This document shows positions 19,136 through 27,467 of a stretch of DNA of 56,867 nt, in pieces (position 1 is the first letter of the stretch; every line of letters starts with the position of its first letter). A model generated the notes under the pieces. That model saw only the letters and a program-made list of their open reading frames with translations. It did no database searches and had not been told where the DNA came from. This DNA is from a virus (taxonomy: Duplodnaviria > Caudoviricetes): positions 1 through 56,867 of IMG/VR virus record IMGVR_UViG_3300031774_000017; one strand, written 5' to 3'. The translations under genes were made by a program, and so were the position numbers.

Positions 19136-19144
19136 TTTTCTTAA
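18158..19144 (+). CDS. Glycine-rich domain tail protein (328 aa)
   Basis: YLVVAGGGG...GGSGVVILRYP; short MAQTKV N-anchor. Confidence 0.8.
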   Translation: MAQTKVKYPGLIDFETVDCEYLVVAGGGGASVNRGTGGGGAGGLRTAFGSTSGGGASAETNLTLDLSTNYTVTVGGGGAAAASNAAAGGNGSNSVFSTITSTGGGGGPSGSSTGGNNGGSGSGGGSVSSTKHAPGSGTANQGYAGGVYTAPGGNDEGGGGGGGAGAVGSAGTTIGGNAYGGAGGVGLAVNILNTTNAGTASVGEVNGGSVFFAGGGGGGFMDYGQTIPSNRGGDGGTGGGGNGGGGPSSITFAAAAGTVNTGGAAGGAGANVSTGSKAGGSGVVILRYPSSFTLTAGAGLTQSSGSPFTESGSKISVFTAGTGNISFS

Positions 19145-19154
19145 AAAATAAAAA

Positions 19155-19535
19155 ATGGCATTAACAAAAGTAACACATAACGTTTTATCAAATAGGTATA
19201 CAGCAAGTGTGGCAATATCAACATTAACTGGCACAGTATCTTTTAATTGTGCTAATGGTTCTGTATTTAAATTAAGTGGTGATTTAACTGGAGCATATAC
19301 TATTAGTTTAACTGGATATGTAAAAGGTCAAATAATGACTATATATCCTTTAAAAGCTCAATCAATTACATTAGCTGCACAAGGAAGTAGTACAAATACT
19401 TTTAATAAAATTGGTGGAGTAGATTATGACAATACAGGTTACAATATTTTACAAATAGAATGCGTAGATGATTCTTCTACAGATCCAGTATTTATGTATA
19501 GTATAGCAACATATGTAAGTGATAATACTCCTTAA
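19155..19535 (+). CDS. Small tail-associated protein (126 aa)
   Basis: MALTKV N-anchor like 18158 gene. Confidence 0.7.
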   Translation: MALTKVTHNVLSNRYTASVAISTLTGTVSFNCANGSVFKLSGDLTGAYTISLTGYVKGQIMTIYPLKAQSITLAAQGSSTNTFNKIGGVDYDNTGYNILQIECVDDSSTDPVFMYSIATYVSDNTP

Positions 19536-19537
19536 AC

Positions 19538-20425
19538 ATGTTAAGAAGAAAAATTTTAGCTCCAAGATCTTACGCTCCCTCAGGATATACATTTAATTTT
19601 CTTATGGTAGCAGGTGGTGCTGGAGGTGGTGGTGGTGCTACAAATGCTGGAGGTGGTGGTGGCGGTGGCGCTGGCGCAGCGTATGAAGCAACAAGCGGTA
19701 CAATAGCAGTAGGAACAGTATTAGGAATAACAATAGGTGCTGGTAGTGCTGGAGGTCCAAATAGTTATACAAATGGATTAACATCAAATGGAGGAGATAC
19801 TGTTATTACAAATATTGATGGAAGTGGCGGTAATTATACTGTGGATGGTGGTGGTGGCGCTGCAACAGGAAATCAAGGACCTGCTGGTGGAAACGGAGGC
19901 TGTGGTGGAGGTGGTCATGCAAATTTTGGTGGTGGCTCTGCTACAGGATTATCTGCTGGCGGAAGCGGAGGTACAGGAACAGGTGTAGTAAATTCCGGCG
20001 GTGGTGGTGGTGACGGAGGAAACGGTGGCAATGGTGGTAGTGGCACTTATAGTACAGGTGGTGCTGGGGGTGTTGGTACCCAAAGTAGTATTACAGGAAC
20101 AGCGCTTTATTATGCAGGTGGTGGCGGTGGTGGCGGTTATTATACTGCAGGTGTAGCATCTGGAGGTTCTAGTGTAGGCGGAAATTCAGGTGGACAAATG
20201 AGTCAACCAACTGCTGGTACAGTTAATACCGGTAGTGGGGGTGGTGGTAGAAACAACTGGAATAATCCAGGTGTTGGAGCATCCGGAGCATCAGGTGTTG
20301 TTGTTTTAAAAATACCAGATGCAAACTATTCAGGTACAACCACCGGTAGCCCTACTGTAGATACTTCAAGTGTAAGTGGGTTTACAATTTTAAAATATAC
20401 CGGTAGCGGTAGTTATACAGCTTAA
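19538..20425 (+). CDS. Glycine-rich domain protein (295 aa)
   Basis: FLMVAGGAGGG...SGVVVLKIP...YTGSGSYTA. Confidence 0.8.
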   Translation: MLRRKILAPRSYAPSGYTFNFLMVAGGAGGGGGATNAGGGGGGGAGAAYEATSGTIAVGTVLGITIGAGSAGGPNSYTNGLTSNGGDTVITNIDGSGGNYTVDGGGGAATGNQGPAGGNGGCGGGGHANFGGGSATGLSAGGSGGTGTGVVNSGGGGGDGGNGGNGGSGTYSTGGAGGVGTQSSITGTALYYAGGGGGGGYYTAGVASGGSSVGGNSGGQMSQPTAGTVNTGSGGGGRNNWNNPGVGASGASGVVVLKIPDANYSGTTTGSPTVDTSSVSGFTILKYTGSGSYTA

Positions 20426-20426
20426 T

Positions 20427-20804
20427 ATGGCACATTTTGCAAAAATTAATTCAAATAATATTGTTGAAATAGTACATGTAGTAAACAATGAAGTTATTAA
20501 AAAAGAAGATGGTACAGAAGATGAATCAAAAGGTAAAGAATTTTTAGATTCATTATTTGGTTCTGCTACATGGGTACAAACTTCTTATAATAATAACTTT
20601 AGAAAAAATTATGCTGGAGTTGGTTATACATATGATATTACACGAGATGCTTTTATACCACCCAAACCTCATGATTCGTGGGTTTTAAATGAAAATACAT
20701 GCCAATGGGAAGCTCCTATAGAATTTCCTGATGTAAATAATAGGTATAATTGGAATGAAGAAAATCAAGAATGGGATTATGTAGGCCCTGCTTTATTTGA
20801 ATAA
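20427..20804 (+). CDS. Small partner of Gly-rich protein (MAHFA...FRKNYAGVG...DAFIPPKP), copy 2
   Basis: Paralog of 17797 gene. Confidence 0.8.
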   Translation: MAHFAKINSNNIVEIVHVVNNEVIKKEDGTEDESKGKEFLDSLFGSATWVQTSYNNNFRKNYAGVGYTYDITRDAFIPPKPHDSWVLNENTCQWEAPIEFPDVNNRYNWNEENQEWDYVGPALFE

Positions 20805-21216
20805 TATGAAAAAAAAATTTAAAGATACTGTAGTTGGAAAATTTTTATTAAATAAAATTCCAACTGTAGTTGGATCAATAGCTAGTGGTACACCAGCTGG
20901 CAGTATTATAGAAGCTATAATAGGTAGCAGTGAAATGTCTGATGGCGATAAAGAAATTGCATTAGAAAAACTAAAACTTGAAAGAGCTGAAATAGATGGA
21001 ACAACAGAAAGATGGGTTGCAGATGCCAGCTCAGGAGCGTGGCTTGCGGCTAATGTTCGTCCATTAACATTAATATTTTTAACAGTAAGCTATGTAATTG
21101 GGTGGTACTTAGGTTATCCACTTGATTCAATAACCGGTTTATTAACAATAGTAATCGGAGGCTATTTCGGATCACGAGGTGTTGAGAAAGTCTTTGGAAA
21201 CAAAATGCACAAATAA
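20797..21216 (+). CDS. Holin (3TM/GTA-type holin-like)
   Basis: RWVAD...WLAANVRPLTL, TM helices, GGYFGSRGVEK; upstream of endolysin. Confidence 0.75.
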   Translation: MNNMKKKFKDTVVGKFLLNKIPTVVGSIASGTPAGSIIEAIIGSSEMSDGDKEIALEKLKLERAEIDGTTERWVADASSGAWLAANVRPLTLIFLTVSYVIGWYLGYPLDSITGLLTIVIGGYFGSRGVEKVFGNKMHK

Positions 21217-21217
21217 A

Positions 21218-21367
21218 ATGCAAGACTTAAGAATTTATGGTATAAGTTTAGGAGGCTTCACCTTTTCTATAATGCCAGATATAAATCCGCTGCTACAAAC
21301 AGTAGTATTATTATTAACTATAATATATACCATAATAGGTATAAAAAACAAATTAAATAATAAATAA
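21218..21367 (+). CDS. Small membrane protein (49 aa), lysis-cassette associated
   Basis: ATG at 21218 in ORF 21179..21367; LLQTVVLLLTIIYTIIGI TM. Confidence 0.6.
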   Translation: MQDLRIYGISLGGFTFSIMPDINPLLQTVVLLLTIIYTIIGIKNKLNNK

Positions 21368-21368
21368 A

Positions 21369-21719
21369 ATGCCTTTAAAATACTTTAATGAATCTGAATT
21401 TAATCAGTATAAAATGATGGATAAAAAGCTTCTTAAAATGCTAGATGATTTACGAGAAGCTTATGGATCACCTATAAAAATTACATCTAGTTATAGAAGT
21501 CCGGATCATCCAATAGAAGCAAAGAAAAAAGCACCAGGTGAACATGCTTACGGTGCTGCTGTTGATATTGCAAGTATTGGTGGTGAAACAACATTTAAAT
21601 TAGTTAAAGCTGCTATGGACGTCGGCTTTACAAGAATAGGAGTTAGTAGAAAAAATAATTTTGTTCATGTGGGTATCGGTTACCCGGATGCTCCACCTAT
21701 AACTCTTTGGACATATTAA
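21369..21719 (+). CDS. Endolysin, peptidase M15A family
   Basis: ITSSYRSPDH, EHAYGAAVDI, FVHV zinc-ligand motifs. Confidence 0.9.
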   Translation: MPLKYFNESEFNQYKMMDKKLLKMLDDLREAYGSPIKITSSYRSPDHPIEAKKKAPGEHAYGAAVDIASIGGETTFKLVKAAMDVGFTRIGVSRKNNFVHVGIGYPDAPPITLWTY

Positions 21720-21729
21720 ATAAAATTAA

Positions 21730-21951
21730 ATGGCAAAATTAATTAGAAAAATTAGTATTGGCACTGATTATAAAAATGAAGCAATGCATTACTCTGTAGG
21801 CCAAGAAGTTTATGGAGGACATACAATTTGTGACATTTTAGAAGAAGAAGGTGCCTATAAAATTTATATTACAAAAAATAAAGAAGTATTACCGTGGAAA
21901 CACTTTAATGGTAATATGGCTGTATCTGTTGAATATAACTTAGATTATTAA
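21730..21951 (+). CDS. Conserved hypothetical protein (73 aa)
   Basis: IRKISIGTDYKNEAMHYSVGQ; coupled to next gene. Confidence 0.8.
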   Translation: MAKLIRKISIGTDYKNEAMHYSVGQEVYGGHTICDILEEEGAYKIYITKNKEVLPWKHFNGNMAVSVEYNLDY

Positions 21952-22541
21952 TGCAATCTTTATTTGAATATATTATATCTACTGAAAATCGCTACAACAA
22001 CATTATTGATGTTGAGGGTAAGGAATTAGTCGTTAATACAGAAGTTACTGAAAGAGATTATATGTTTGTTAATCGTATAGGTAAAATAGTAAAGTTACCA
22101 TTATATAATAATTCAGAACTAAAAGAAAACGATGAAGTTATTGTGCATCATAATGTTTTTAGAAGATGGATTGATGTAGAAGGAATTCAAAAAAATTCTT
22201 CAAGCTTTTTAAATGAAAATGAATATTTAGTTTCTGAGGATCAAATATTTGCTTATAAAAGAAATAATAAATGGAAAAGTTTACCTAATTTTTGTTTTGT
22301 AAAACCTTTATATAAAAAAAATAAATGGGCTCTTAAAACAGACGAAAATCTTTTAGGTATACTTACATATAGTAATAGTAAATTAAACCAATTAGGAGTG
22401 TCTATTGGAGACGTGGTGGGCTTTACACCTGATTCAGAATATGAGTTTAATATTGAAGGAGAAAAATTATATCGTATTTTTTCACATCACATAACAATAA
22501 AATATGGAACAAAAGAGAGACAAGGTTATATTAGCTGCTGA
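21951..22541 (+). CDS. Putative tandem GroES-like protein
   Basis: Two GroES-like beta units (LKENDEVIVHHNVF; VSIGDVVGF...YEFNIEGEKLYRI). Confidence 0.5.
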   Translation: MQSLFEYIISTENRYNNIIDVEGKELVVNTEVTERDYMFVNRIGKIVKLPLYNNSELKENDEVIVHHNVFRRWIDVEGIQKNSSSFLNENEYLVSEDQIFAYKRNNKWKSLPNFCFVKPLYKKNKWALKTDENLLGILTYSNSKLNQLGVSIGDVVGFTPDSEYEFNIEGEKLYRIFSHHITIKYGTKERQGYISC

Positions 22542-22752
22542 AAAAGCTTTATTAGAACTTGAAAAAGTAATCAGACAAAATATAGATCTTAATGAACTTG
22601 ATCCTGAAAAAGCTAAAACTGCAGCACAAGCTAAATGGGTTGCAATTGAAGATTCTTTAAAAATTATAGATAAAATTGAAGAAATATCTGATAAGAAAAA
22701 AGATAACAAAAAATCAAAAGCTTTTTTGGGTGTTGAAAATAGAATTAAATAA
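22504..22752 (+). CDS. Putative terminase small subunit
   Basis: Small helical protein directly upstream of and coupled to TerL. Confidence 0.5.
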   Translation: MEQKRDKVILAAEKALLELEKVIRQNIDLNELDPEKAKTAAQAKWVAIEDSLKIIDKIEEISDKKKDNKKSKAFLGVENRIK

Positions 22753-24986
22753 TGTATAAACAAACTTTATATAAAATACATACAGATCATTTAGATAAAA
22801 AATATACCAAAAATTTAAATAAAAATAAAAAATTTAAATATGGATATAATAGTGATTTAGATTGTGTTATTATTAGTAAGGATGGTACATTAGGTGATAT
22901 ATATGAAATACAAGGTCTTAAGGTAGGTATACCTCAAACCCCTAAAAAAATACACGGTAAAGATTTAAAAAAAGAAAAACAAGTATTTATAAGAAGGGAA
23001 AGACCACAATCGTTAACAAGAATAAAAACATTATATGATTTTCAAAGCTATACTGAAGATATTAAAGACCAATATTATAGTTACATCGATAATGAGTTTA
23101 ATTATCGTAATGATGGTTATTGGTTCATGTGCAACGGTACCCCGTGCTACCTTACAGGATCGCACTATATTTATCTCAACTGGACTAAAATCGATGTGGG
23201 CTCCCCAGACTTTCGACATGCAAACAGGATATTTTTCTACTTTTGGGAAGCATGCAAGGCTGATAGCAGATGCTATGGGATGTGCTACCTTAAGAATAGA
23301 CGGTCTGGTTTCTCCTTTATGGCGTCATCAGAATGTGTTCATCAGGCTACAACTTCAAAAGACTCTAGGTTTGGGATCTTATCTAAGAGTGGAGCAGACG
23401 CTAAGAAGATGTTCACGGATAAGGTGGTCCCAATCTCAACTAATTACCCGTTCTTTTTTAAACCAATACAGGATGGTATGGAACGCCCAAAGACGGAACT
23501 CTCGTACAAAGTACCATCAAGAAGGCTCACGAGGAATACGATACGAGCCACCAGCCCCGCCTCCTCTGAGATACAGGACGGATTGGACACCACAATTGAC
23601 TGGAAGAACACGGGGGACAATTCATACGACGGGGAGAAATTACAACTCCTCATCCACGACGAATCGGGTAAATGGGAGAGGCCGGACAACATCCTCAATA
23701 ACTGGAGGGTTACAAAAACGTGCCTCCGCCTCGGGGCGAAAGTAGTTGGCAAATGTATGATGGGATCCACTTCTAATGCGTTAGACAAAGGTGGTGATAA
23801 ATTTAAAAAATTATATTATAATTCAGATGTTACAAATAGAAATCGCAATGGCCAGACTACAAGTGGATTATACTCTTTGTTCATACCTATGGAATGGGGT
23901 TTCGAAGGATTTATTGATAAGTATGGATACCCTGTCTTCGATACTCCATCAGAACCGGTTGAAGGAATTGATGGCGAACTCATATATACGGGAGTCCTTG
24001 AACACTGGGAAAATGAAGTTGAGGGGCTAAAAAAAGACAGCGATGCTTTAAATGAATATTATAGACAATTTCCAAGATCAGAAAAGCATGCATTTAGAGA
24101 TGAAACTTTAAATTCTTTATTTAATTTAACTAAAATTTATGAACAAATAGATTATAATGAAGAAATGGAATTTAAAGGTCATGTAGTAAGAGGTGCTTTT
24201 TCATGGCAAAATGGTATAAAAGATACTAAAGTAATATGGACACCAACACAAAATGGTAGATTTAAAATATCGTGGATACCACCAGACCAATTACAAAATA
24301 ATGTTATTGAAAAAAATGGTATAAAATATCCTGGTAATGATGGATTGGGTGCTTTTGGGTGCGATCCTTATGATATATCAGGAACAGTTGGGGGTGGAGG
24401 ATCAAATGGATCTTTACATGGATTAACCACTTTTACAATGACTAGTGACGTACCTAATACAAAATTCTTTTTAGAGTACGTAGCAAGACCTCAAACAGCT
24501 GAAATATTTTTTGAAGATGTTTTAATGGCATGCATATTTTATAGTATGCCTATATTGATTGAAAACAATAAACCAAGATTATTATATCATTTAAAAAGAA
24601 GAGGGTATAGGGGTTTTTCTATGAATAGACCTGATAAATTAAAAGGTGCTTTATCTAAAACTGAATTAGAATTAGGTGGTATACCTAATAGTTCTGAAGA
24701 TATTAAACAAGCACATGCATCTGCTATTGAATCGTACATTGAAGAATATATTGGACGAAATGACGATTCATATGGTAATATGTATTTTCAAAGAACATTA
24801 GAAGACTGGGCAAGATTTGATATTTCACGCAGAACATCTTTTGATGCATCTATAAGTAGTGGTTTAGCCATAATGGCTTGTAGAAAACATTTATATAAAC
24901 CAAGCTCAGATAGAACAGTTAAAAAATTAGATTTTGAATTTTCACGATACAAAAATGAAGGGTATCAAAGCGAGTTAATAAAATAA
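22752..24986 (+). CDS. terL: Terminase large subunit
   Basis: LKNRRSGFS Walker A-like, LLIHDESGKW Walker B, GST motif III, GCDPYD nuclease, followed by portal. Confidence 0.92.
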   Translation: MYKQTLYKIHTDHLDKKYTKNLNKNKKFKYGYNSDLDCVIISKDGTLGDIYEIQGLKVGIPQTPKKIHGKDLKKEKQVFIRRERPQSLTRIKTLYDFQSYTEDIKDQYYSYIDNEFNYRNDGYWFMCNGTPCYLTGSHYIYLNWTKIDVGSPDFRHANRIFFYFWEACKADSRCYGMCYLKNRRSGFSFMASSECVHQATTSKDSRFGILSKSGADAKKMFTDKVVPISTNYPFFFKPIQDGMERPKTELSYKVPSRRLTRNTIRATSPASSEIQDGLDTTIDWKNTGDNSYDGEKLQLLIHDESGKWERPDNILNNWRVTKTCLRLGAKVVGKCMMGSTSNALDKGGDKFKKLYYNSDVTNRNRNGQTTSGLYSLFIPMEWGFEGFIDKYGYPVFDTPSEPVEGIDGELIYTGVLEHWENEVEGLKKDSDALNEYYRQFPRSEKHAFRDETLNSLFNLTKIYEQIDYNEEMEFKGHVVRGAFSWQNGIKDTKVIWTPTQNGRFKISWIPPDQLQNNVIEKNGIKYPGNDGLGAFGCDPYDISGTVGGGGSNGSLHGLTTFTMTSDVPNTKFFLEYVARPQTAEIFFEDVLMACIFYSMPILIENNKPRLLYHLKRRGYRGFSMNRPDKLKGALSKTELELGGIPNSSEDIKQAHASAIESYIEEYIGRNDDSYGNMYFQRTLEDWARFDISRRTSFDASISSGLAIMACRKHLYKPSSDRTVKKLDFEFSRYKNEGYQSELIK
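23035..23745 (+). CDS. Putative overprinted lipoprotein in +1 frame of terL (236 aa)
   Basis: Long stop-free +1 frame; basic N-region, hydrophobic IIVTSIMSLIIVMMV, lipobox IGSC; coincides with shifted codon usage in terL. Confidence 0.5.
   Translation: MIFKAILKILKTNIIVTSIMSLIIVMMVIGSCATVPRATLQDRTIFISTGLKSMWAPQTFDMQTGYFSTFGKHARLIADAMGCATLRIDGLVSPLWRHQNVFIRLQLQKTLGLGSYLRVEQTLRRCSRIRWSQSQLITRSFLNQYRMVWNAQRRNSRTKYHQEGSRGIRYEPPAPPPLRYRTDWTPQLTGRTRGTIHTTGRNYNSSSTTNRVNGRGRTTSSITGGLQKRASASGRK
23791..24030 (+). CDS. Second candidate overprinted ORF in +1 frame of terL (79 aa)
   Basis: Follows the 236-aa ORF in the same frame within the codon-shifted patch. Confidence 0.3.
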   Translation: MVINLKNYIIIQMLQIEIAMARLQVDYTLCSYLWNGVSKDLLISMDTLSSILHQNRLKELMANSYIRESLNTGKMKLRG

Positions 24987-24988
24987 GT

Positions 24989-27436
24989 ATGGCAAAATTA
25001 AAAGGAAAAGTTTTAACACAATTTCCAAGTCAAGCAGTTTCCGATGCAGAAAAACAAACTAAAAAGTATGGATTATCTGTAGGAAGAGCTATTGAACAAG
25101 AGTGGTTCAATAAGGATAATAATGGCATAGGGAAATTCTATAATTCTAGACAAGAAGCTCATAGGCTAAGATTATATGCTCGTGGAGAACAATCAATTAG
25201 AAAATACAAAGATGAGTTTGCAATTAATGGTGACTTATCTTATCTTAATTTAGATTGGAAACCAGTTCCAATTGTACCTAAATTTGTAGATTTAGTTGTA
25301 AATGGAATGCAAGATAGATTATTTCATATTAAAGCAGTTGGTCAAGATGATATTTCAACAGGTAAAAGAACTAAATTTGTTAATGATGTACAACAAGATT
25401 TAAATACAGCTAATCTATTATTAAATATAGAACAAAAATTAGGTGTATCTGCTAGAAATTTTGCCGTAAATGATTTACCTGCAAATACAGAAGAATTAGA
25501 ATTATATATGCAGCTTAATTATAAGCAAGGTATTGAAATAGCTGAAGAAGAAGCTATTAATAATATTTTTAAAGCAAATAAATATAATGAAACTAAAAAA
25601 CGTATTGATTATGATTTAACTGTATTAGGAATTGGTGCTGCTAAGCACACTTTCAATAATACAGATGGTGTAGTAGTTAAATATGTTGATCCAGCTAATT
25701 TAGTTTATTCATATACTGATGATCCTAATTTTGAAGATTGTTATTATTTTGGAGAAGTTAAATGCATAAAAGTTAATGAACTTAAAAAAGAATTTCCAGG
25801 ATTACCTAATGAAGAAATTGAAACTCTTGTTAGTCAAAGTTCAAGATTTAATGATTACAATGATCCCAATCATAATTTTTATAATCAAAGTGAGTTAGCT
25901 GCTAAAAATACATTAAATGTGCTTTACTTTAATTGGAAAACATGGGAAAATGATGTTTACAAAATAAAGGAAGTACCTACTGGCGGTAGTAAAGCTATTC
26001 CAAAAGATGACACATTTAATCCACCTAAAGATAAACGAACTAGATTTGAAAAAGTAAAGCAAACAAGAGAAGTTGTTTATGAAGGTGTATTAGTATTAGG
26101 ATCTGATCATCTTTTAAAGTGGCAAAAAGCTACAAATATGATAAGACCTACTAGCAATATAAATAAAGTAATGATGAATTATGTTGTTAGTGCTCCTAGA
26201 ATGTATAAAGGTAATATTACTTCTTTAGTTTCAAAAATGACACCATATGCTGATTTAATACAGCTAACACATTTAAAATTACAACAAGCTATACAGAGAA
26301 TGACACCTTCTGGTGTATATGTTGATGCTGATGGTCTTGCTGAAATTGATTTAGGTAATGGTACAAATTATAATCCACAAGAAGCTTTAAATATGTACTT
26401 TCAAACAGGATCTATAATTGGTAGATCTTTAACCATGGAAGGGGAAAGAAATAATGGAGCTATACCTATTCAAGAATTACCAGGTGGTGGTGGTAATCAA
26501 ATACAAGTATTAATTGGTGCTTATAATCAATATATACAAATGATAAGAGATACAACTGGTTTAAATGAAGCAAGAGATGCTGCAGATCCAGATCAATATT
26601 CTCTTGTAGGTGTACAAAAATTAGCAGCAGCAAATAGTAATGTTGCAACAAGACATATACTGCATTCTAGCATGTTTATTACCACTTGCTTAGCTGAGGC
26701 TATTTCATTAAGATTTAAAGATGTATTAGAATATCATCCTACTAAAGATATGTTTATAGATTCTATAGGCCAATTTTCTGTGGGTTCTTTAGAAGAATTA
26801 AATAATCTTAATTTACATAACTTTGGTATATTCTTAGAATTAGAGCCTGATGAAAATGAAAAACAATTATTAGAAAATAATATACAAGTTGCATTATCAA
26901 AAGATAGTATCCATTTAGAAGATGCTATTGATATTAGAGAAGTAAAAAATTTAAAATTAGCTAATCAATTATTAAAATTTAGAAGACTTCAAAAACAAGC
27001 TACAGATCAAGTGCAAGCTCAAGCTGCATCACGAGCACAAGCAGAAGCACAAGGACAAGCACAAATACAAATTGAAGAAGCAAAAGCACAATCTGAACAA
27101 GTAAAAACAGATTCTAAAATTCAATTATCTACAGCTGAAAATGAAATGTCTATTAGAAAAATGGAAATTGAAACAAGAGCTAAAAAAGAACTTATGCAAT
27201 ATGAATTTAATTTAAATGTTCAACTTAAGGAACTTGAACTAAAATCACAAATGGAGTTAGCAAATAGAAGTAATCAGTCAATGTTACAACGTGAGCTTAT
27301 AAGAGAAGATGTAAAACTTAAAACATCTGGTCGATTAAGTGGCGCTCCAAATACAGATAATCCTACAAAGGATTTTGAATCTAAAGGTAATGATACTTTA
27401 GGTGGCTTTGACACAGGACGTTTTGAAGCGTCTTAA
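24989..27436 (+). CDS. Portal protein
   Basis: 815 aa after TerL; LSYLNLDWKPVPIVPKFVD, TGLNEARDA, coiled-coil C-terminus as in crAss-like/Bacteroidota podoviruses. Confidence 0.88.
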   Translation: MAKLKGKVLTQFPSQAVSDAEKQTKKYGLSVGRAIEQEWFNKDNNGIGKFYNSRQEAHRLRLYARGEQSIRKYKDEFAINGDLSYLNLDWKPVPIVPKFVDLVVNGMQDRLFHIKAVGQDDISTGKRTKFVNDVQQDLNTANLLLNIEQKLGVSARNFAVNDLPANTEELELYMQLNYKQGIEIAEEEAINNIFKANKYNETKKRIDYDLTVLGIGAAKHTFNNTDGVVVKYVDPANLVYSYTDDPNFEDCYYFGEVKCIKVNELKKEFPGLPNEEIETLVSQSSRFNDYNDPNHNFYNQSELAAKNTLNVLYFNWKTWENDVYKIKEVPTGGSKAIPKDDTFNPPKDKRTRFEKVKQTREVVYEGVLVLGSDHLLKWQKATNMIRPTSNINKVMMNYVVSAPRMYKGNITSLVSKMTPYADLIQLTHLKLQQAIQRMTPSGVYVDADGLAEIDLGNGTNYNPQEALNMYFQTGSIIGRSLTMEGERNNGAIPIQELPGGGGNQIQVLIGAYNQYIQMIRDTTGLNEARDAADPDQYSLVGVQKLAAANSNVATRHILHSSMFITTCLAEAISLRFKDVLEYHPTKDMFIDSIGQFSVGSLEELNNLNLHNFGIFLELEPDENEKQLLENNIQVALSKDSIHLEDAIDIREVKNLKLANQLLKFRRLQKQATDQVQAQAASRAQAEAQGQAQIQIEEAKAQSEQVKTDSKIQLSTAENEMSIRKMEIETRAKKELMQYEFNLNVQLKELELKSQMELANRSNQSMLQRELIREDVKLKTSGRLSGAPNTDNPTKDFESKGNDTLGGFDTGRFEAS

Positions 27437-27467
27437 TATTTAAACAATTATTTTATTATATACAATT

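Noticed and set aside
17369-19988. Alternative-frame ORFs within Gly-rich genes (17369, 17451, 18364, 18465, 19788)
   Set aside because: GGT/GGA runs are inherently stop-free in other frames; products are poly-V/T/P artefacts
15398-20804. Diversity-generating retroelement TR/VR pair
   Set aside because: No reverse transcriptase in the window; repeats are short or paralogous, without adenine-specific mismatches
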